From: a bacterium
GTDB lineage: Bacteria; Patescibacteriota; Dojkabacteria; JAKAPS01; JAJZLI01
Reading direction: 5' to 3'
NCBI GenBank assembly: GCA_021816845.1
Contig: JAKAWT010000001.1
Span: forward strand, 70,087-134,086
DNA length: 64,000 bases
Under the pieces are notes generated by a model that worked only from the letters and a program-made list of their open reading frames with translations, was not told the DNA's origin and ran no database searches. Positions 62,332 through 64,000 of this stretch are shown piece after piece (the stretch's first letter is position 1; each line of letters begins with the position of its first letter). A program made the position numbers and the translations under genes.

Positions 62332-62688
62332 TTATTTTTTTGTATTTGAAACTTGACCTTTAGAACCTTTGGATCTAGATCCTGTGGACTTAAATCCTTG
62401 GCTATTTTTGCCTATTTTTGACTTTATGACTTTGAAATCTTCAGGATGAGATTCTCTCAAAAGTATTTTTGATAATCTTGATTTCTCCCTTGCAGCCTTA
62501 TTTTTATGATAAATATTTTTTTTGGCCATTTTATCAATAATAGAAAATAAAGCTGATAAAGATTTTGAATCTGGGTTTTTGTGATAAGCTTTAGTCATTT
62601 TATCGACATTAGTTCTATAACCATTATTGAGAAAGGTTCTTCTTTTAGTTCTTCTTATATCCTTCAAAGATGATTTTAAATTTGCCAT
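62332..62688 (-). CDS. rpsT: 30S ribosomal protein S20 with a basic C-terminal extension
   Basis: MANLKSSLKDIRRTKRRTFLNNGYRTNVDKMTKAY... matches S20. It has a ~25-aa extra K/S/G-rich tail. Confidence 0.8.
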   Translation of the reverse strand: MANLKSSLKDIRRTKRRTFLNNGYRTNVDKMTKAYHKNPDSKSLSALFSIIDKMAKKNIYHKNKAAREKSRLSKILLRESHPEDFKVIKSKIGKNSQGFKSTGSRSKGSKGQVSNTKK

Positions 62689-62774
62689 ATGAGTTTGAGT
62701 ATACTAGAAAAATTACCCTAAATCAAATAATTAAGGGTCAAAATCTAATTATTGAGATTAGCATTATATGTTTT

Positions 62775-62848
62775 GGAGGAGGAGGAGATAGTGTTTTAAA
62801 AGTTTTATAAGGGATTACCTTAACTTTTAAGAACACTACCCCTCCTCT
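62775..62848 (-). terminator. long GC-rich hairpin downstream of the L,D-transpeptidase gene. Candidate terminator or small structured RNA.
   Basis: GGAGGAGGAGATAGTGTTTTAAAAGTT...(17-nt loop)...AACTTTTAAGAACACTACCCCTCCTC gives a ~22-bp imperfect stem, unusual in a 30% GC background. Confidence 0.35.
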
Positions 62849-62962
62849 CTCTCAATTATTTATCAGCAACTCTGAGAAGGATCGTACGAATACGATAAAT
62901 TCTACTATGTTACTGAAAGTTCTTTCCATAGAGGTCCTCCATTGGATCTAGTTTTGACATTG

Positions 62963-64000
62963 TTATGCAGGCTGAAACTGAGACCAGGGGATATTCCAAT
63001 CTCCTTCGCCGTTTTGTGCTTCATTTGCCTGAAGACTAGTACCTGAGATGATGACTACGTCACCTGGCTGGGAGAAGTTGTAGAACCATTGGGCATGATC
63101 AGGGTTTTGTTCAACACAGCCGAACGAAACGTTGTAGTGACCGTGATCATATACATCCCATGGAGCGCTGTGTATATAGTACCCATCTGTACTAATGGCA
63201 ACATCTAGGTACACGTTTTCAGCGTATATACCTGGAAATCCAATAGTTGCAGAGTTCATGAACACTACTGGCTCTTTGTAAAGGACCACCAATGTCCCAG
63301 AGATTGTTTGAAACCCCGACCTACCGAGACTCACAGGAAACGTGTAGAGAAGCTGATTTCCATTGTAGACCTGCATCTGATCAGTTAAAGCACTGATTTT
63401 AGTTAGATGCTGATTTACTACAGTAAATGAGCTTTGTACCTGTGAGGTTACAAGTCTCTGACCATTCAGTACTAAGCCATCAAGATTTACGGAGAGTGTT
63501 GCATTTTCGTTCAAAGGCCAGAAGTTTTCTGGTCTACCGTCCACCTCTGTCTGCGACCACCAATGCCACCCTACAGGATCTACGATAGATTCTGTAGTAT
63601 TCAGCCTAGATAGAATCTCCTGTTGCAAAGAGACTGGAATAGGGGTTGAAAATTGAACTACCCATGTTGCCCCCATACCCACCTGTTGACCCTTAGAAGG
63701 AGAAACTGTTATATTGACAGTCCCTGCTGGTAAAGGTTCAAGTGGAGTTTGGAAGGAGACATTTTTACTCAAAGTAAGTGCTGGTTCCCCACCACGTGCC
63801 TTAAGTGACAAGTCAAATTTAGTATCCCATGCCATCCACTGTACTGGAGTCCACTTATAAAGTTTCAACTTATTAGTGGAGTCTCCCTGTGAAGAAACCA
63901 GTTTTCCCTGGATGATTGTCCCAGACTGTGTCTTGACAACCAATGTCATAATACGAGCATTTTGTATTGCAATCCCTATTGTTGCATTTGGATTTACATA
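62963..64000 (-). CDS. L,D-transpeptidase (YkuD domain) protein. The ORF is probably open to the window edge, so it is 5'-partial. GC is anomalously high.
   Basis: C-terminal catalytic motif YYIHSAPWDVYDHGHYNVSFGCVEQNP (His/Cys of the LDT fold). The frame stays open from the annotated Met at 63949 to position 64000. Local GC is ~45% versus ~30% elsewhere. Confidence 0.6.
   Translation of the reverse strand, partial: YVNPNATIGIAIQNARIMTLVVKTQSGTIIQGKLVSSQGDSTNKLKLYKWTPVQWMAWDTKFDLSLKARGGEPALTLSKNVSFQTPLEPLPAGTVNITVSPSKGQQVGMGATWVVQFSTPIPVSLQQEILSRLNTTESIVDPVGWHWWSQTEVDGRPENFWPLNENATLSVNLDGLVLNGQRLVTSQVQSSFTVVNQHLTKISALTDQMQVYNGNQLLYTFPVSLGRSGFQTISGTLVVLYKEPVVFMNSATIGFPGIYAENVYLDVAISTDGYYIHSAPWDVYDHGHYNVSFGCVEQNPDHAQWFYNFSQPGDVVIISGTSLQANEAQNGEGDWNIPWSQFQPA

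Overview
This is a very AT-rich (~30% GC), gene-dense bacterial chromosome segment. It reads like a small-genome, Gram-positive-type or Patescibacteria/CPR-like organism: rpoA lacks the alpha C-terminal domain, the ATP synthase epsilon subunit is truncated, a type IV pilin is present and many gene overlaps are short. That lineage call is inference from gene content only.

Housekeeping content:
- An rpsF-ssb-rpsR operon.
- An RNase P RNA.
- secD-secF, fmt, rny, aspS and gltX.
- tRNA-Gln and tRNA-Ser.
- An infA-rpmJ-rpsM-rpsK-rpsD-rpoA-rplQ block followed by rplM-rpsI.
- dnaG, ppa, a UvrD/PcrA helicase, lepA and rpsT.
- An F1Fo ATP synthase operon (b, delta, alpha, gamma, beta, epsilon) that lacks the a and c subunits at this locus.
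- An extended Fe-S biogenesis locus: Nfu, a ferredoxin, sufB, a short sufD, a Rieske protein, an Rrf2 regulator, sufC, sufS and sufU.

Accessory content:
- A nickel superoxide dismutase (sodN) next to a small S26-type peptidase, probably its maturation protease SodX.
- Two SHOCT mini-proteins in tandem.
- A GNAT acetyltransferase.
- An orphan histidine kinase.
- An SLT-domain protein.
- A UbiA-family prenyltransferase and a CE4 polysaccharide deacetylase.
- A higher-GC, probably horizontally acquired L,D-transpeptidase gene at the window end.

The most unusual region is a ~12 kb plus-strand cluster (about 35.9-47.4 kb), with one more paralog at 29.7 kb, containing three paralogous protein families:
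- Family A: secreted S/T/N-rich proteins sharing a conserved mature N-terminus (A-x-L-T-P-[LI]-S-D-T-M-S-N) and a conserved C-terminal ~120-aa module ending ...Y-x-A-T-G-N-F. Some members carry LamG/DUF2341-like insertions.
- Family B: secreted proteins with a C-terminal TM anchor and a basic tail.
- Family C: proteins with a secreted domain followed by a C-terminal 2-TM hairpin.

A SAM-methyltransferase/Trm112-like fusion sits inside the cluster, and two family-A genes share a ~270-bp near-identical DNA segment, suggesting recent gene conversion. I interpret this as a candidate, apparently undescribed, cell-surface fibre/adhesin assembly system. No CRISPR arrays, rRNA genes or obvious transposases were seen.
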